Under the pieces are notes generated by a model. The model had not been told where the DNA came from and did not search any database. It saw nothing but the letters and a program-made list of their open reading frames with translations. Of a DNA stretch of 64,000 nucleotides, positions 1 to 9,831 are shown in pieces (position 1 is the first letter of the stretch; each line of letters begins with the position of its first letter). The position numbers and the translations under genes are program-made. This stretch comes from Azospirillum sp. 51_20 (lineage in GTDB: Bacteria; Pseudomonadota; Alphaproteobacteria; RF32; CAG-239), in assembly GCA_001917175.1 (NCBI GenBank), contig MNTV01000018.1, forward strand, positions 53,907 through 117,906. The letters run 5' to 3'.

Positions 1-2
1 AA

Positions 3-665
3 GACGCCGAAATCAGACAAATTCTGGACGATAACACGAAAAAGATGAACATTCTGAAACAAAAGGCCGACGATCTTAAGAGCAAAGCGGAAGCGGCGAG
101 AATTGCCCACGACAAGAAGGTGGCCAACCTCGAAAGCCAGATTTCGATCTTAAAAACCCGGCTGGAAGCGGAAATCGAATCTTCCAAGAAAAAAATCGCC
201 GCGGCCAAAGCCGAAAGCAAGAGCGGACGCAAAAATCCGTTTGCCACCGCCAGCGGCATTGACCTGACGACGCCTCTGTCGCCGGAAAAAGTCAAACTCA
301 GCAACGAATATGCAATTATGGAAATTACCGGTCAGGGCGAAGAACTGGCGGCCAAACTGATCAACACGGAAGGCGACGTCTTCATGGCCAAAGTCGGCAC
401 CACTTTGAGAAACGGCTTTACCATTGACGAAATTACCCAGACTTATCTGAGCGCGGTCAAAGACAACGCCAAAGACGTGCTGTATTTCTCGGCCGGCGGC
501 ATTCTGGACCGGGAGCCGATTCCGTCCGACATTACCATTAAACAGCCTTATGATCCGGACAACCCGAACGCCGGCGGCAATAACGGCGGCAATCCGTCCC
601 GCGGACGCCAGATCAACGCTACGCAGGGAATTCCGAGCTTAGGTCAGGGTATGTTTATCAGATAA
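3..665 (+). CDS. Coiled-coil protein at the head of the pilus/secretion cluster. The frame is open to the window edge, so the 5' end may lie upstream. The first in-window ATG is at 45.
   Basis: 206-aa ORF from the six-frame track with a K/E/A-rich coiled-coil N-terminus. It is co-oriented with and immediately upstream of the GspE-like ATPase. No recognisable catalytic motifs. Confidence 0.45.
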   Translation, partial: DAEIRQILDDNTKKMNILKQKADDLKSKAEAARIAHDKKVANLESQISILKTRLEAEIESSKKKIAAAKAESKSGRKNPFATASGIDLTTPLSPEKVKLSNEYAIMEITGQGEELAAKLINTEGDVFMAKVGTTLRNGFTIDEITQTYLSAVKDNAKDVLYFSAGGILDREPIPSDITIKQPYDPDNPNAGGNNGGNPSRGRQINATQGIPSLGQGMFIR

Positions 666-674
666 GCGAAGTAA

Positions 675-2339
675 ATGGTAGAAGAAAGCGCAAACAACAA
701 AGAGAACAACACTTCTTCGGCTGCTCAGAACGAGCAGCCGAAGAAGCAGAGCGCAAAAGACTTCATTGAAGGTCTTTTTGCCAACGACAATTATCTTTGT
801 ACGATGCCCAAAGCCAAGCTGCCCGACGGCTCGGCGCTTAATATCAACGACGAAACCAGGCGGCGGCTGGCTCTTTTTGCCGACGGCACACTGCTTATTT
901 CCAAAGACCACCGTTTTGACGGCCCGGTTTTAAGCTTTCTGAGCATTGCGGAAAAGAAGGGGATCAAGATGAAATCCCCGGTTTACATTTCGCAAAACGA
1001 GCTGGCGACCATCTACGCGATGGCCGAACGTAACCAAGTCTTTTCCGAAGACGACGAAGACTTGGCCCGGCTGCAAATGCAGAGGGACTTCGTCAACATC
1101 ATCAAACGCGCTTCGTCAATGAAAGTTTCCGACGTGCATGTCGTCGTTTCCGACAATTGCACGGAAATCTTTTTCCGCGCCAACGGCGTTATGATCAAAG
1201 AAATGGAATACAGCAAGGAATGGGGCGACCAATTTGTGCGTGCCGCTTTTGCTTCCGCCGACATTTCCGACGCCAACTATGCCCAGAACGAATTTCAGGG
1301 CGCGCAAAAATTGGGGTCTACTCCGCTGCGCGGTTCCAAAGGCAAACTGATGCTGCCGCACAACGTTTTGGCCATCCGTCTGCAATTCAACCCGATCGCG
1401 TTCGGTTCGCAATACCTGGTTATGCGTATTCTTTACGCCGACGACAATCCGGACGGCAACGACGACCTGGCGGCTCTGGGCTGCGGCGAATACGAACAAG
1501 ACCTGTTTTTCCGCCTGCGCGCGGCGCCGGTAGGACTGAACATCGTGGCCGGTCCGACCGGTTCGGGAAAATCGACGCTGCTGCAACGTAACATGATCAA
1601 ACTGATCAAAGAGAAAAACGGCGAAATCAATCTGCTGACGGTGGAAGACCCGCCGGAATATCCGATCCCGGGCGCCCGGCAGATGCCGGTGACCAACGCC
1701 AACACGGAAGAAGAAAAGACGGTTCAGTTTACGCTGGCGCTGTCGGCGGCACTGCGTTCCGACCCGGACGTGCTGATGGTGGGCGAAATCCGTTCGCTGG
1801 CCACTGCCAGCCTGACGTTCAAAGGTGCGCTTTCCGGCCACCTGGTATGGGCCACCCTGCACGCCAACTCGGCGCCGGCCATCGTAACCCGTCTGCGCGA
1901 CATGGGCGTACAATCTTACATGCTGAGCGACCCGGAACTGCTGAAAGGGCTGATTTCCCAGCGTCTGTTCCGCAAACTGTGCCCCTATTGCCGGGTACCG
2001 GTCAAAGAAAGGCTGGACAATCCGGCGGTCAAGCGTCTGCGGACGGCACTCGGCGATTTCGGCGTCGAAAACACCTATTTGAAAGGTCCCGGCTGCAAAT
2101 TCTGCGAAGGACGCGGCATCAAAGGACGTTTGGGCGTACAGGAAATGATTCTGCCGGACGGAACGTTCCTGGAACTGATGATCGCGGGAGAAACCCGCAA
2201 GGCCATCGACTACTGGACCGGCGATTTAAACGGAAGAACGCTGAAGGACGCCGCTTTGGAACGAATGCTGAAGGGACTGATCGACCTTGACGAAGTGGAA
2301 CGCTGGTGCGGCCTTCTGGATCAGCGCCCGGTATATTAA
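675..2339 (+). CDS. Type IV pilus / type II secretion family assembly ATPase (GspE/PilB family)
   Basis: 554 aa. Walker A is GPTGSGKST. A C-terminal tetracysteine motif (CPYC ... CKFC) is typical of the GspE/PilB zinc-binding domain. It is followed by a platform-protein gene. Confidence 0.85.
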   Translation: MVEESANNKENNTSSAAQNEQPKKQSAKDFIEGLFANDNYLCTMPKAKLPDGSALNINDETRRRLALFADGTLLISKDHRFDGPVLSFLSIAEKKGIKMKSPVYISQNELATIYAMAERNQVFSEDDEDLARLQMQRDFVNIIKRASSMKVSDVHVVVSDNCTEIFFRANGVMIKEMEYSKEWGDQFVRAAFASADISDANYAQNEFQGAQKLGSTPLRGSKGKLMLPHNVLAIRLQFNPIAFGSQYLVMRILYADDNPDGNDDLAALGCGEYEQDLFFRLRAAPVGLNIVAGPTGSGKSTLLQRNMIKLIKEKNGEINLLTVEDPPEYPIPGARQMPVTNANTEEEKTVQFTLALSAALRSDPDVLMVGEIRSLATASLTFKGALSGHLVWATLHANSAPAIVTRLRDMGVQSYMLSDPELLKGLISQRLFRKLCPYCRVPVKERLDNPAVKRLRTALGDFGVENTYLKGPGCKFCEGRGIKGRLGVQEMILPDGTFLELMIAGETRKAIDYWTGDLNGRTLKDAALERMLKGLIDLDEVERWCGLLDQRPVY

Positions 2340-2382
2340 CATCAAGACCCGGAATTATCAGAAGACAGGGAGACAATAAGAG

Positions 2383-3507
2383 ATGGATGAAAAGAAAAGA
2401 GATTCGGCCTCAAACCTCAGTCAGGCATTAAAAAAAGTTAACGCCATCGAAATTTACTACGCCAAAATCATTTGTATGACTTCCGGCTCCACCAGGCTGA
2501 AAATCTATCGTAAAATTGCGTCGCTGATGAGCAACCGCTTTTCGTTGATGAACGCGCTCGACATGCTGCACGCCACCATTACCAACGACGGCAAAAACCC
2601 GAGCGAGCCGCTGGCGATCGCCATTGCCCAATGGGGCTACGGACTGCAGAACGGTATGTCGTTCTCCGATGCGCTCAAAGGCTGGGCGCCGGACCGCGAA
2701 CGGCTGATGCTTTCGGTGGGCGACGTTTCCGACCTGGAAGGCGCGCTTTACAACCTGATCCGCGTAACCGAAGGCACCACCAAGATGATCCGCCCGATTA
2801 TCAGTGCTATTTCTTACCCGGCGTTTCTGATGATGATGGTTGTTTTGATCATTTACGGTATCGGCGCCTTCATGGTGCCGCCGATGATCGACGCGGCACC
2901 GAACACGCGCTGGCAGGGAACGGCCAAAACCCTGGTCGGACTGTCCAGTTGGATTCAGGAATACTGGGTCGTCGCCTTTTCGATTTTGCCGGCCATCATG
3001 CTCGTAATTTATCTGACGATCGGCATTTGGACCGGACCGACGCGGGCAATTGCCGACCACCTGCCGCCATGGTCGCTGTACAAGACCTTCGTCGGCATTA
3101 CCTGGCTTTTGGCCATGTCGGCGCTGGTCAAGGGCGGAACGCCGGTATCGAACGCCATGCGCGCTTTGCGTAAAGATTCGACCCGATATTTAAAGGAGCG
3201 GATAGACAAGGCTCTGGTGTTCGTCAACAACGGTGACAACCTGGGTCAGGCGCTGTCCAAAACGAAGCTGGATTTTCCGGACGCGGAAATTATCGGTGAC
3301 CTGAAGATTTATTCGGAAATGGACAACTTTGAAGAAGCGTTGGAAAATCTGGCCAACAACTGGCTGGACGAATCCGCCTACGTTATTGAACAAAAGGCCA
3401 GCGTTTTGAACATGGTCGCCCTGCTGATGGTTTCCGGCGTTATCGCCTGGGCGGTTATGGGCACGTTCGAAATGCAAGACCAAATCACCAGTTCGATGGG
3501 CATGTAA
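2383..3507 (+). CDS. GspF/PilC-family inner-membrane platform protein
   Basis: 374 aa. Cytoplasmic N-domain followed by hydrophobic helices. It directly follows the ATPase gene. Confidence 0.8.
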   Translation: MDEKKRDSASNLSQALKKVNAIEIYYAKIICMTSGSTRLKIYRKIASLMSNRFSLMNALDMLHATITNDGKNPSEPLAIAIAQWGYGLQNGMSFSDALKGWAPDRERLMLSVGDVSDLEGALYNLIRVTEGTTKMIRPIISAISYPAFLMMMVVLIIYGIGAFMVPPMIDAAPNTRWQGTAKTLVGLSSWIQEYWVVAFSILPAIMLVIYLTIGIWTGPTRAIADHLPPWSLYKTFVGITWLLAMSALVKGGTPVSNAMRALRKDSTRYLKERIDKALVFVNNGDNLGQALSKTKLDFPDAEIIGDLKIYSEMDNFEEALENLANNWLDESAYVIEQKASVLNMVALLMVSGVIAWAVMGTFEMQDQITSSMGM

Positions 3508-3508
3508 C

Positions 3509-4057
3509 ATGAACAGGCATCTGCAAACGCGCCAACTGTATGTCCTGCTTGCGATAATGACGGCGGCGGTCATACTTATCGTCCGGCAATATGTTTCGCC
3601 AAACAAAAAAGTGGAAGAAGCGGCGCTGCAGGTGGAGGAAATCGCCAGGCTGGTCCGCCAAAACTATGCCAGCCGGGTTGATTACTGGGGATTGAGCACC
3701 CAGTCGGCAATTGATAACAATATGTTAACCAATTTGTCCTATGATGACGGCAAATTGATTAACGCTCTCGGAAAACCGGTAAAAATCGGAAGCGGGGAAA
3801 ACGGCGATACCGTGATGCCCGGAGAGCGCAGTTTTGATGTCGTTTACAGCGGACTGAACACGGGGGAATGCATTGCCCTTGCGGCCTACCGTTTTGAACG
3901 ACCGGAAGAATTAGGCCTCTTACAGGTAACCATCGTCGGCAAAGACAACCGTCAGAGCTTCAGTTGGGGAGAAGAGACCTTCAAGCTGCCGGTTAGCCGG
4001 CCGGAAGCGAAGAAAATCTGTCGCAACGGATCCAAAGTCTTGTGGACAATGGAATAA
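3509..4057 (+). CDS. N-terminally membrane-anchored pilus-cluster protein. It may be pilin-like with a C-terminal Cys pair, but it has no prepilin cleavage motif.
   Basis: 182 aa. Single N-terminal TM (LYVLLAIMTAAVILIV). Two Cys near the C-terminus (GECIALAAY...KKICRNG). Its start is 1 bp after the platform gene stop. Confidence 0.5.
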   Translation: MNRHLQTRQLYVLLAIMTAAVILIVRQYVSPNKKVEEAALQVEEIARLVRQNYASRVDYWGLSTQSAIDNNMLTNLSYDDGKLINALGKPVKIGSGENGDTVMPGERSFDVVYSGLNTGECIALAAYRFERPEELGLLQVTIVGKDNRQSFSWGEETFKLPVSRPEAKKICRNGSKVLWTME

Positions 4058-4160
4058 TTTTGTGGCGGATTTTATCGTATTAGGCTAAAAACAACTTGTA
4101 TTATAGCTAAAAATCAGCTATTATAATTACTTGGAATACGATTTTTTTTGGGAGAAAAAA

Positions 4161-4739
4161 ATGAAGACTTTATATAAGAGTGAACAGAGCGGCCGTTCCA
4201 TGGTTGAAATGCTCGGCGTTCTGGCCATTATCGGCGTTTTGTCGGTCGGTGGTATCGCCGGTTATTCGAAAGCCATGGCCAAGTTCAAAACGTCCAAGGC
4301 TCTGGATCAGGTTTCCACGACCGTTGCCAACGTTCGTACGTTGTACTCCGGTCAGCCGAACTATTCGGGACTGACTACCGAAATCGCCATCAAAATGGGT
4401 GCGATCGGTGCCGAAATGCTGAGTGGCCAGTCGCCGACTAGCGCCAAAGTCGCTTACAATGCTTTTAACGGTGAGGTTACCATTTCCGCGACCACGGTCA
4501 GCGGCCGTGCCAACGCCGGTTTCACGCTGGTATTCAGCGGCCTTTCGAAGGAAGCCTGCGTTCAGATGGCCTCTTCCGACTGGGGTTCGGGTTCTGGTTC
4601 GGGTCTGGTAAGCGTTCAGGCCGGTACCGCTACTGCCGGTACAACCGCATCGGGTACGCTGCCTTTGAATCTGGCTACCGCTGCCGGCGGCTGCAACCAG
4701 GAAGGCGACGCCAACAAAGTTACCTGGGTTTATTACTAA
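4161..4739 (+). CDS. Prepilin-type (class III signal peptide) protein, pilin paralog 1
   Basis: Leader MKTLYKSEQSG followed by RSMVEMLGVLAIIGVLSVGG, with Glu at +5 and a hydrophobic helix. The C-terminal domain is Gly/Ser/Thr-rich. The sigma70-like upstream region has TTGTAT at -35. A rho-independent terminator follows. Confidence 0.75.
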   Translation: MKTLYKSEQSGRSMVEMLGVLAIIGVLSVGGIAGYSKAMAKFKTSKALDQVSTTVANVRTLYSGQPNYSGLTTEIAIKMGAIGAEMLSGQSPTSAKVAYNAFNGEVTISATTVSGRANAGFTLVFSGLSKEACVQMASSDWGSGSGSGLVSVQAGTATAGTTASGTLPLNLATAAGGCNQEGDANKVTWVYY

Positions 4740-4762
4740 TCCGGCGACGAAAAGTCTTTTCA

Positions 4763-4792
4763 AAAAGGAGGAACTACAGTTCCTCCTTTTTT
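4763..4792 (+). terminator. Rho-independent terminator after pilin 1
   Basis: GGAGGAACT/AGTTCCTCC stem followed by a T-run. Confidence 0.6.
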
Positions 4793-4905
4793 GTTCCCCT
4801 GAAAACCACGTGTTAGACACAGGGGGTTACTTTTTGTGTTTTGCGTCCGTGCGGACAAACAGGCACAGACATTTTGGCACCCTCGTAAGGCCCGTATAGT
4901 CTGTT

Positions 4906-5252
4906 GGCCGGCCGAATACGATACGGACAATTTATCCCGCTTATGTCAGCCGGCAAAGGTTTACTTTTTGAAACAATCCGTCCCGAGGCAGCAAAAAAGA
5001 GGACGGCATTTCCGGGGTGACGAATTTGCGCAGCCTTCAGAACGGGAAATCATCGTCCGGCAGAACGTATCCGGCAGAACATAGCTCGTGGGCCGGCCGA
5101 ATACGATGCAGACAATTTATCCCGCTTATGTCAGCCGGCAAAGGTTTATTTTTTGAAACAATCCGTCCCGAGGCAACAAAAAAGAGGTCGGCATTTCCGG
5201 GGTGACGAATTTGCGCAGTCTTCGGAACGGGAAATCATCGTCCGGCAGAACG
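4906..5252. repeat. Tandem direct repeat, two copies of a ~185-bp unit (4906-5067 and 5091-5252) at about 93% identity
   Basis: Direct reading: GGCCGGCCGAATACGAT...CGTCCGGCAGAACG recurs with a period of 185 bp. The small ORFs inside it (82 and 71 aa) share sequence only because of the duplication. Confidence 0.85.
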
Positions 5253-5626
5253 CTGACCGCATAACCGATAAAAAATTATGCTTAAGCTGCCAAGGGTTGC
5301 AAATTTTTTACGAACAATCGGCTTGCGCGGAAAAAAGAAACAAACGTTACAACCTCAAAGAACTATAAAAAAGGATCTGTTTACGGCGTAAATTTTGATT
5401 ATAAATAACAAATAATTTGCATTGGAACATATGATGAAATTTGCCAAGACCGTATTTGTTACAATTTTGTTTTTCATTTCCGGCATATTGGGCACCATTT
5501 ATCTTCTGACACTTTATTTCTGGGAAAAACGCACTTTGACTATATTATCTTTTACGCCGAAAACGCAAACAAGGCCGGCAGCTCGTTAAATATTGCTTTA
5601 TCTTTTTCTGCAGCGTCGTCCCTCCT

Positions 5627-6730
5627 TTGTCTGCCTTTGCCGCGCAATCTCCGTCAGACAAAACACGTGTTGTCACAGTTATGCTGCCGCTTTTTCTTTT
5701 TGTATACACCTTTGGAATCATCAACCGGCTGGCCGGAACAGTTGAAACGACGGATATTTACGAAAAAGAATATATTGCTCCAAACGAGCGGAACTCTTCT
5801 TTCGTTAAAGGCCCCGAAACACGATTGTCCTTAGCCGGAGTCTATGGAAGACGGTTACAGAAACGTCAAAGGACAAAACCTGCTACCGCGGCTGTCCGCG
5901 CTGCGGGAGCAAAACAGCAAATTTCCAGGTTGCAGGCCTTATGTGTATGCCGATGCAACGATTTCCGCCTTAACCGCCGGAATCTGCAGCTTGCCGGACA
6001 AGACGGAAACCAAGCTTAAGAATCTCTTTTCCGTTGTCAACAGCAACCTGCCAAACGCAACAAGTCTGTCTGACATTTTGAAAAAACACGGCCATAATGC
6101 TTCTTTTATCCAAAATGCCGACATTGCCTTCGCCGGAACGGATAAATTTGCCCGCCGGCATGGTTTTGACTTTGTTGCGGGAAATGAAGAACCGTTAAAA
6201 AAATATCCCGATATCGCCAGCGGTGCAAAGGAAAACGACCGGGGAATCAAAGACAGTGTTTTATACGACACCGTCCGGCGGGAAATTTTGCATTTAGCGG
6301 AAGGAAAAAATCCTTTTTAACAGTAATTACAACGGTGTGCACACACGAGCTGACCACGTTTCTTGATCCCGGATGCGAACAAAAATTCGGCAATAAACGC
6401 GACGCGGTTGTCTGCGCCGGCCAAATGGCCGCAGATTTCATAGAATGGGTAAAGAAACAGAATTTTTACCATAATACGGTCATCACCGTTCCGGGAGATC
6501 ACGTCGTCCGCGGCAAAAACTCAATTTATCCCCAAAGAAGCAAACGGCAAATATTTTTTACAATCATTAATCCTCAAAAGGGTTCGGAACCGCAAAAACA
6601 TCGCCGGACAATGCTTGATATTGCGCCGACGCTGTCGAAGCCGCCGGTTTCGGGAACAATGGACTGCGCCGGGACAAAACCTGTGGAAGCAACACCCTGC
6701 TTTGGAAGAAAAATACGGTCTGGCTCTTGA
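5627..6730 (+). pseudogene. Degraded sulfatase/alkaline-phosphatase-superfamily gene (LtaS/OpgB/EptA-like membrane-anchored transferase), split across at least three frames
   Basis: Consecutive ORF fragments at 5627-6019 (TM region), 5844-6320 and 6335-6730 carry family-typical motifs (NTVITVPGDH, MLDIAPTL). A further out-of-frame tail runs to 7082. Confidence 0.5.
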
Positions 6731-7340
6731 CACGGAAATCAATAAATTTTCAACAAGCCCCGAACCGGGACTTAAAAAGCCCTGTTCCTACACTCTCGGA
6801 ATGAAGGTAACCAATCCGCCGACATCGTCCGGTACACCCTTGCACATTATAAAAAAGTCCAAACCGTATGGACGGACAACTTGTATCTCAAAACCGACTT
6901 TTCACAGGCCGAAAACATATGTCCGGACATCGAATTTATCGTCATGTTCGAAAAGCGCGACAAGCCGGCCGCAATTAACGTGTCGATTGACGGAAAAAGC
7001 AAGGACAAACGGACAATTTTCGCCGATGAGCAAGCGCCGTTTCGTAAAAAACCGTTTTTACCCAAAACATAATCGGCAATGATAAAAATTTACTGATCAA
7101 ATTTTTGCGCAACACGCAAACGGAAAAATCTGACTATTTGGCAATCGGCATTAAAAATTTCAAACTGTAAAAAACGGTTATTTTTGTTACATTTTTATGA
7201 CATTTTCCCGGAATCAAAAAAAAAAAAACAGATAAAACAATAGGTTATATACGTATCAAAGTTATATAAACCACTTGTATTTTAATTTTGTTTAGAATAA
7301 AATATTTTTTACATGAGTTGTTTTTGGGAGACTACATCTA

Positions 7341-7928
7341 ATGCAAAGCTATTACAGCTGTCAAAGCGGACGTTCAATGGTTGAAATATTAGGCGTATTG
7401 GCAGTGATCGGCGTTTTGTCCGTCGGAGGCATAGCCGCATATTCAAAAGCAATGGAAAAAATCAACACCGACCAACTGATAGTTGACATCAGCACGACCG
7501 CGCGAAAAATCAAAAACCTGTATGCGGATCAGAAAAGCTATGAAGATTTGGACCAGCAGGTTTACACTCTTAATCTGGTTGCCGGCGCACACAAAATCGA
7601 AGGTATGAACAAAAAGCTGCTGCACATATTCAACGGCGAAGTATTCGTTAAGTCGATCGCCTTAAACAAAGGTTTTGTCATGGTTTACAACGGCTTGACG
7701 GAAAAAGCGTGCGCCACGCTGGCGTCTACCGACTGGGGCAACGGTTCGACCGGATTGAAATATCTGGTCGTCAGCCCGACCGGCATCATTCCGCCGCGGG
7801 GTTATCCTTCCAATCTTGATTCCGGCGAATACGAAGCCAAGGACATTCCGCTTTCGCCCGCCGAAGCCGCCGCGCATTGCAATTGCGACGCTTTTTACAA
7901 ATGCGGCATTGCCTGGTTCTACGAATAA
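7341..7928 (+). CDS. Prepilin-type protein, pilin paralog 2
   Basis: Leader MQSYYSCQSG followed by RSMVEILGVLAVIGVLSVGG. The N-terminus matches paralog 1 but the C-terminal domain diverges (Cys pair HCNCDAFYKC). It has the same upstream CTTGTATT element and a TTTTGGGAG ribosome-binding region. A terminator lies at 7957-7990. Confidence 0.75.
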   Translation: MQSYYSCQSGRSMVEILGVLAVIGVLSVGGIAAYSKAMEKINTDQLIVDISTTARKIKNLYADQKSYEDLDQQVYTLNLVAGAHKIEGMNKKLLHIFNGEVFVKSIALNKGFVMVYNGLTEKACATLASTDWGNGSTGLKYLVVSPTGIIPPRGYPSNLDSGEYEAKDIPLSPAEAAAHCNCDAFYKCGIAWFYE

Positions 7929-8266
7929 GCATAAAAATGTAAACATCTTTTTTTTAACAGGAAGAAGACAACCGTTTTCTTCCTGTTTTTATGTTTCAAA
8001 CGCCGCATGAACAACAAGAAGCGGGCATATTCCCGCCCTGCCGGCCGAACAGGCGGCAGGATCGATCCTTTCATAAGCGGAAAATCAAAATCCAGTTCCA
8101 AATCCCGATAACCCCAGGAAATCAAAACGTCATCGGTATCGTGCAGACTGACAAACCGGTTTTATCACTGCCCCAGCCGGTAAAAAAAAGAATCGGTCTG
8201 AGGGAACGGTTGTCGATTTTGCAATATTTCATATTCAGATTCCGGAATAAAAATTCCACATGTACC

Positions 8267-8833
8267 TTATGAAAAATCAATCGAAGTCAGCAGGGCGGTA
8301 TAGGGCTTGTCCGACGGACTGCAGGCGAAAACGCCGGCAGAAAACACATCGTCGGCAAACGGCAGGCGGAACAGACGAACCGGAACGAAAACCACGCCGT
8401 TGACGGAATAGGACAATTCAGAGGTACCGTCGTCGTTCCTCTTCAGCCGGAACCAGATTTCCGCCGCGCCGGCGGAAAGCGGCGTCAGCGCCATGTCCGA
8501 ACAGCCGCCGGCGGTAACGACGCTGCCGACGTTAAGCGAACTGCCGTTTTTCGACATGACGGAAATTTTAAACCAATGGTTTTCGTCAACCCGCCCCATC
8601 AGTCCGCACTGGGCAAAATCGACGGGAATGCCGAAGCGCCAGCAAACGGTCATGACAAAGGCGCCCCGGCGGCGGGCAAAAAAGAAATGGCCGCTGTCCC
8701 GATGATAGCCGCGGACGGCATCCTGCCAGAAATCGGTCTGCGGCGCTGCCGTCACCCGCACGCCGCGCTCGCCGAAAGCGACGTCCGCCGCCTCGTTGTA
8801 CCATTCAAAGTCGCGCAAAGCCTCCAGAAGCAT
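8267..8833 (-). CDS. Hypothetical protein. It may be DUF1349-like (concanavalin-like fold), but this is unverified.
   Basis: 188-aa ORF that is translationally coupled to and downstream of cbpA. Confidence 0.45.
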   Translation of the reverse strand: MLLEALRDFEWYNEAADVAFGERGVRVTAAPQTDFWQDAVRGYHRDSGHFFFARRRGAFVMTVCWRFGIPVDFAQCGLMGRVDENHWFKISVMSKNGSSLNVGSVVTAGGCSDMALTPLSAGAAEIWFRLKRNDDGTSELSYSVNGVVFVPVRLFRLPFADDVFSAGVFACSPSDKPYTALLTSIDFS

Positions 8834-9765
8834 TAAAAAGTCCTGACATTCTCATCCGGCATGCTTTGCAGAACTCTCTCCAGCTCCGGATTTTTGTTGC
8901 GCGGCGCAACGATCTTCAGGGTAATCAGCTGATCTCCCTGCCCGTTGCGGTTTTTGATGCCCTTGCCTTTCAGGCGCAGTTTGTCGCCGCTGCCGGCATA
9001 GGACGGAATTTTGACCGCGACCTGGCCGTCGATGGTGGGTACGGTAATTTTGGCGCCCAAAACCGCTTCTTTGACGGTGATCGGCAGTTCCATGGTAATA
9101 TTCTGCCCTTCCAGCCCGAAATAAGGGTGTTTGTCGACGTTTAAGGTTATCAGCACGTCGCCGTTTTCGCCGTTATAATGCCCCGGGCCGCCCAGACCTT
9201 TCAGGCGCAGGGTCTGTCCGTCGACGGTGCCGGAAGGGATTTTGACGTTGATGTTGCGGCCGCCGAGCGTCACCTGACGTTCGCCGCCGCGAACCGCGGT
9301 CAGAAAATCGATCCGCATGGTATAGGTAATGTCTTCGCCTTTGCGCGGCCGTTTGGCGCCGCCGCCGAAGCCCTGATAACCTCCCCGGCCGCCGCCGAAA
9401 GCCGAAAAAATGTCGTCGCCGAAAATGGAAGAGAAGTCGAAGTTGGCGTTTTGTCCGCCGGAAGACGAATAAAAACCGCCCTGCCCGAACGGATTGCCGC
9501 CGCCGTACGCACCGCCGAAACCGGCGCCGAAGCCGGTCGGCTTGCCGTCGCCGTCAATTTCGTTGTTGTCGTATTTTTTCCTTTTTTCGTCATCCCCCAA
9601 AATGTCGTAAGCAGCCGAAATTTCCTTGAATTTTTCGGCTGCCGACGGATTGTCCTTGTTGACGTCGGGATGATATTTGCGTGCCAGCTTATGATAGGCG
9701 GACTTGATCTCCGCCTTGGTTGCGCTTTTGGACACGCCTAAAATGCTGTATAAATCTTTTCCCAT
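8833..9765 (-). CDS. cbpA: Curved-DNA-binding protein CbpA (a DnaJ homolog with no zinc-finger region)
   Basis: J-domain at the N-terminus (YHPD motif), a G/F-rich linker, and a DnaJ C-terminal domain. No CxxCxGxG repeats. 310 aa. Confidence 0.8.
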   Translation of the reverse strand: MGKDLYSILGVSKSATKAEIKSAYHKLARKYHPDVNKDNPSAAEKFKEISAAYDILGDDEKRKKYDNNEIDGDGKPTGFGAGFGGAYGGGNPFGQGGFYSSSGGQNANFDFSSIFGDDIFSAFGGGRGGYQGFGGGAKRPRKGEDITYTMRIDFLTAVRGGERQVTLGGRNINVKIPSGTVDGQTLRLKGLGGPGHYNGENGDVLITLNVDKHPYFGLEGQNITMELPITVKEAVLGAKITVPTIDGQVAVKIPSYAGSGDKLRLKGKGIKNRNGQGDQLITLKIVAPRNKNPELERVLQSMPDENVRTF

Positions 9766-9831
9766 CTGATACTCTTGACCGATACGTTTGCAATCTTTAT
9801 TTCTTTGTATCTATATAGGGTTTTACAAAGT

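Noticed and set aside
1116-1913. 265-aa minus-strand ORF overlapping the GspE-like ATPase gene, along with similar antisense ORFs at 2428-3060, 4170-4820 and 14688-15494
   Set aside because: They are antisense to strongly supported genes (the ATPase, the platform protein, the pilin gene and rpsA) and have Arg/Gly/Val-rich shadow-ORF composition.
4836-5368. Small ORFs (82, 62 and 71 aa) within the 185-bp tandem repeat
   Set aside because: They resemble each other only because the DNA is duplicated. They have no ribosome-binding site and are Arg-rich. The region is more plausibly noncoding.
5432-5590. A ~52-aa hydrophobic ORF (MMKFAKTVFVTILFFISGILGTIYLLTLYFWEK...) between the tandem repeat and the sulfatase pseudogene
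   Set aside because: It is too short, has no clear ribosome-binding site and has no homolog signal. It may be a small membrane protein, but there is not enough evidence to call it.
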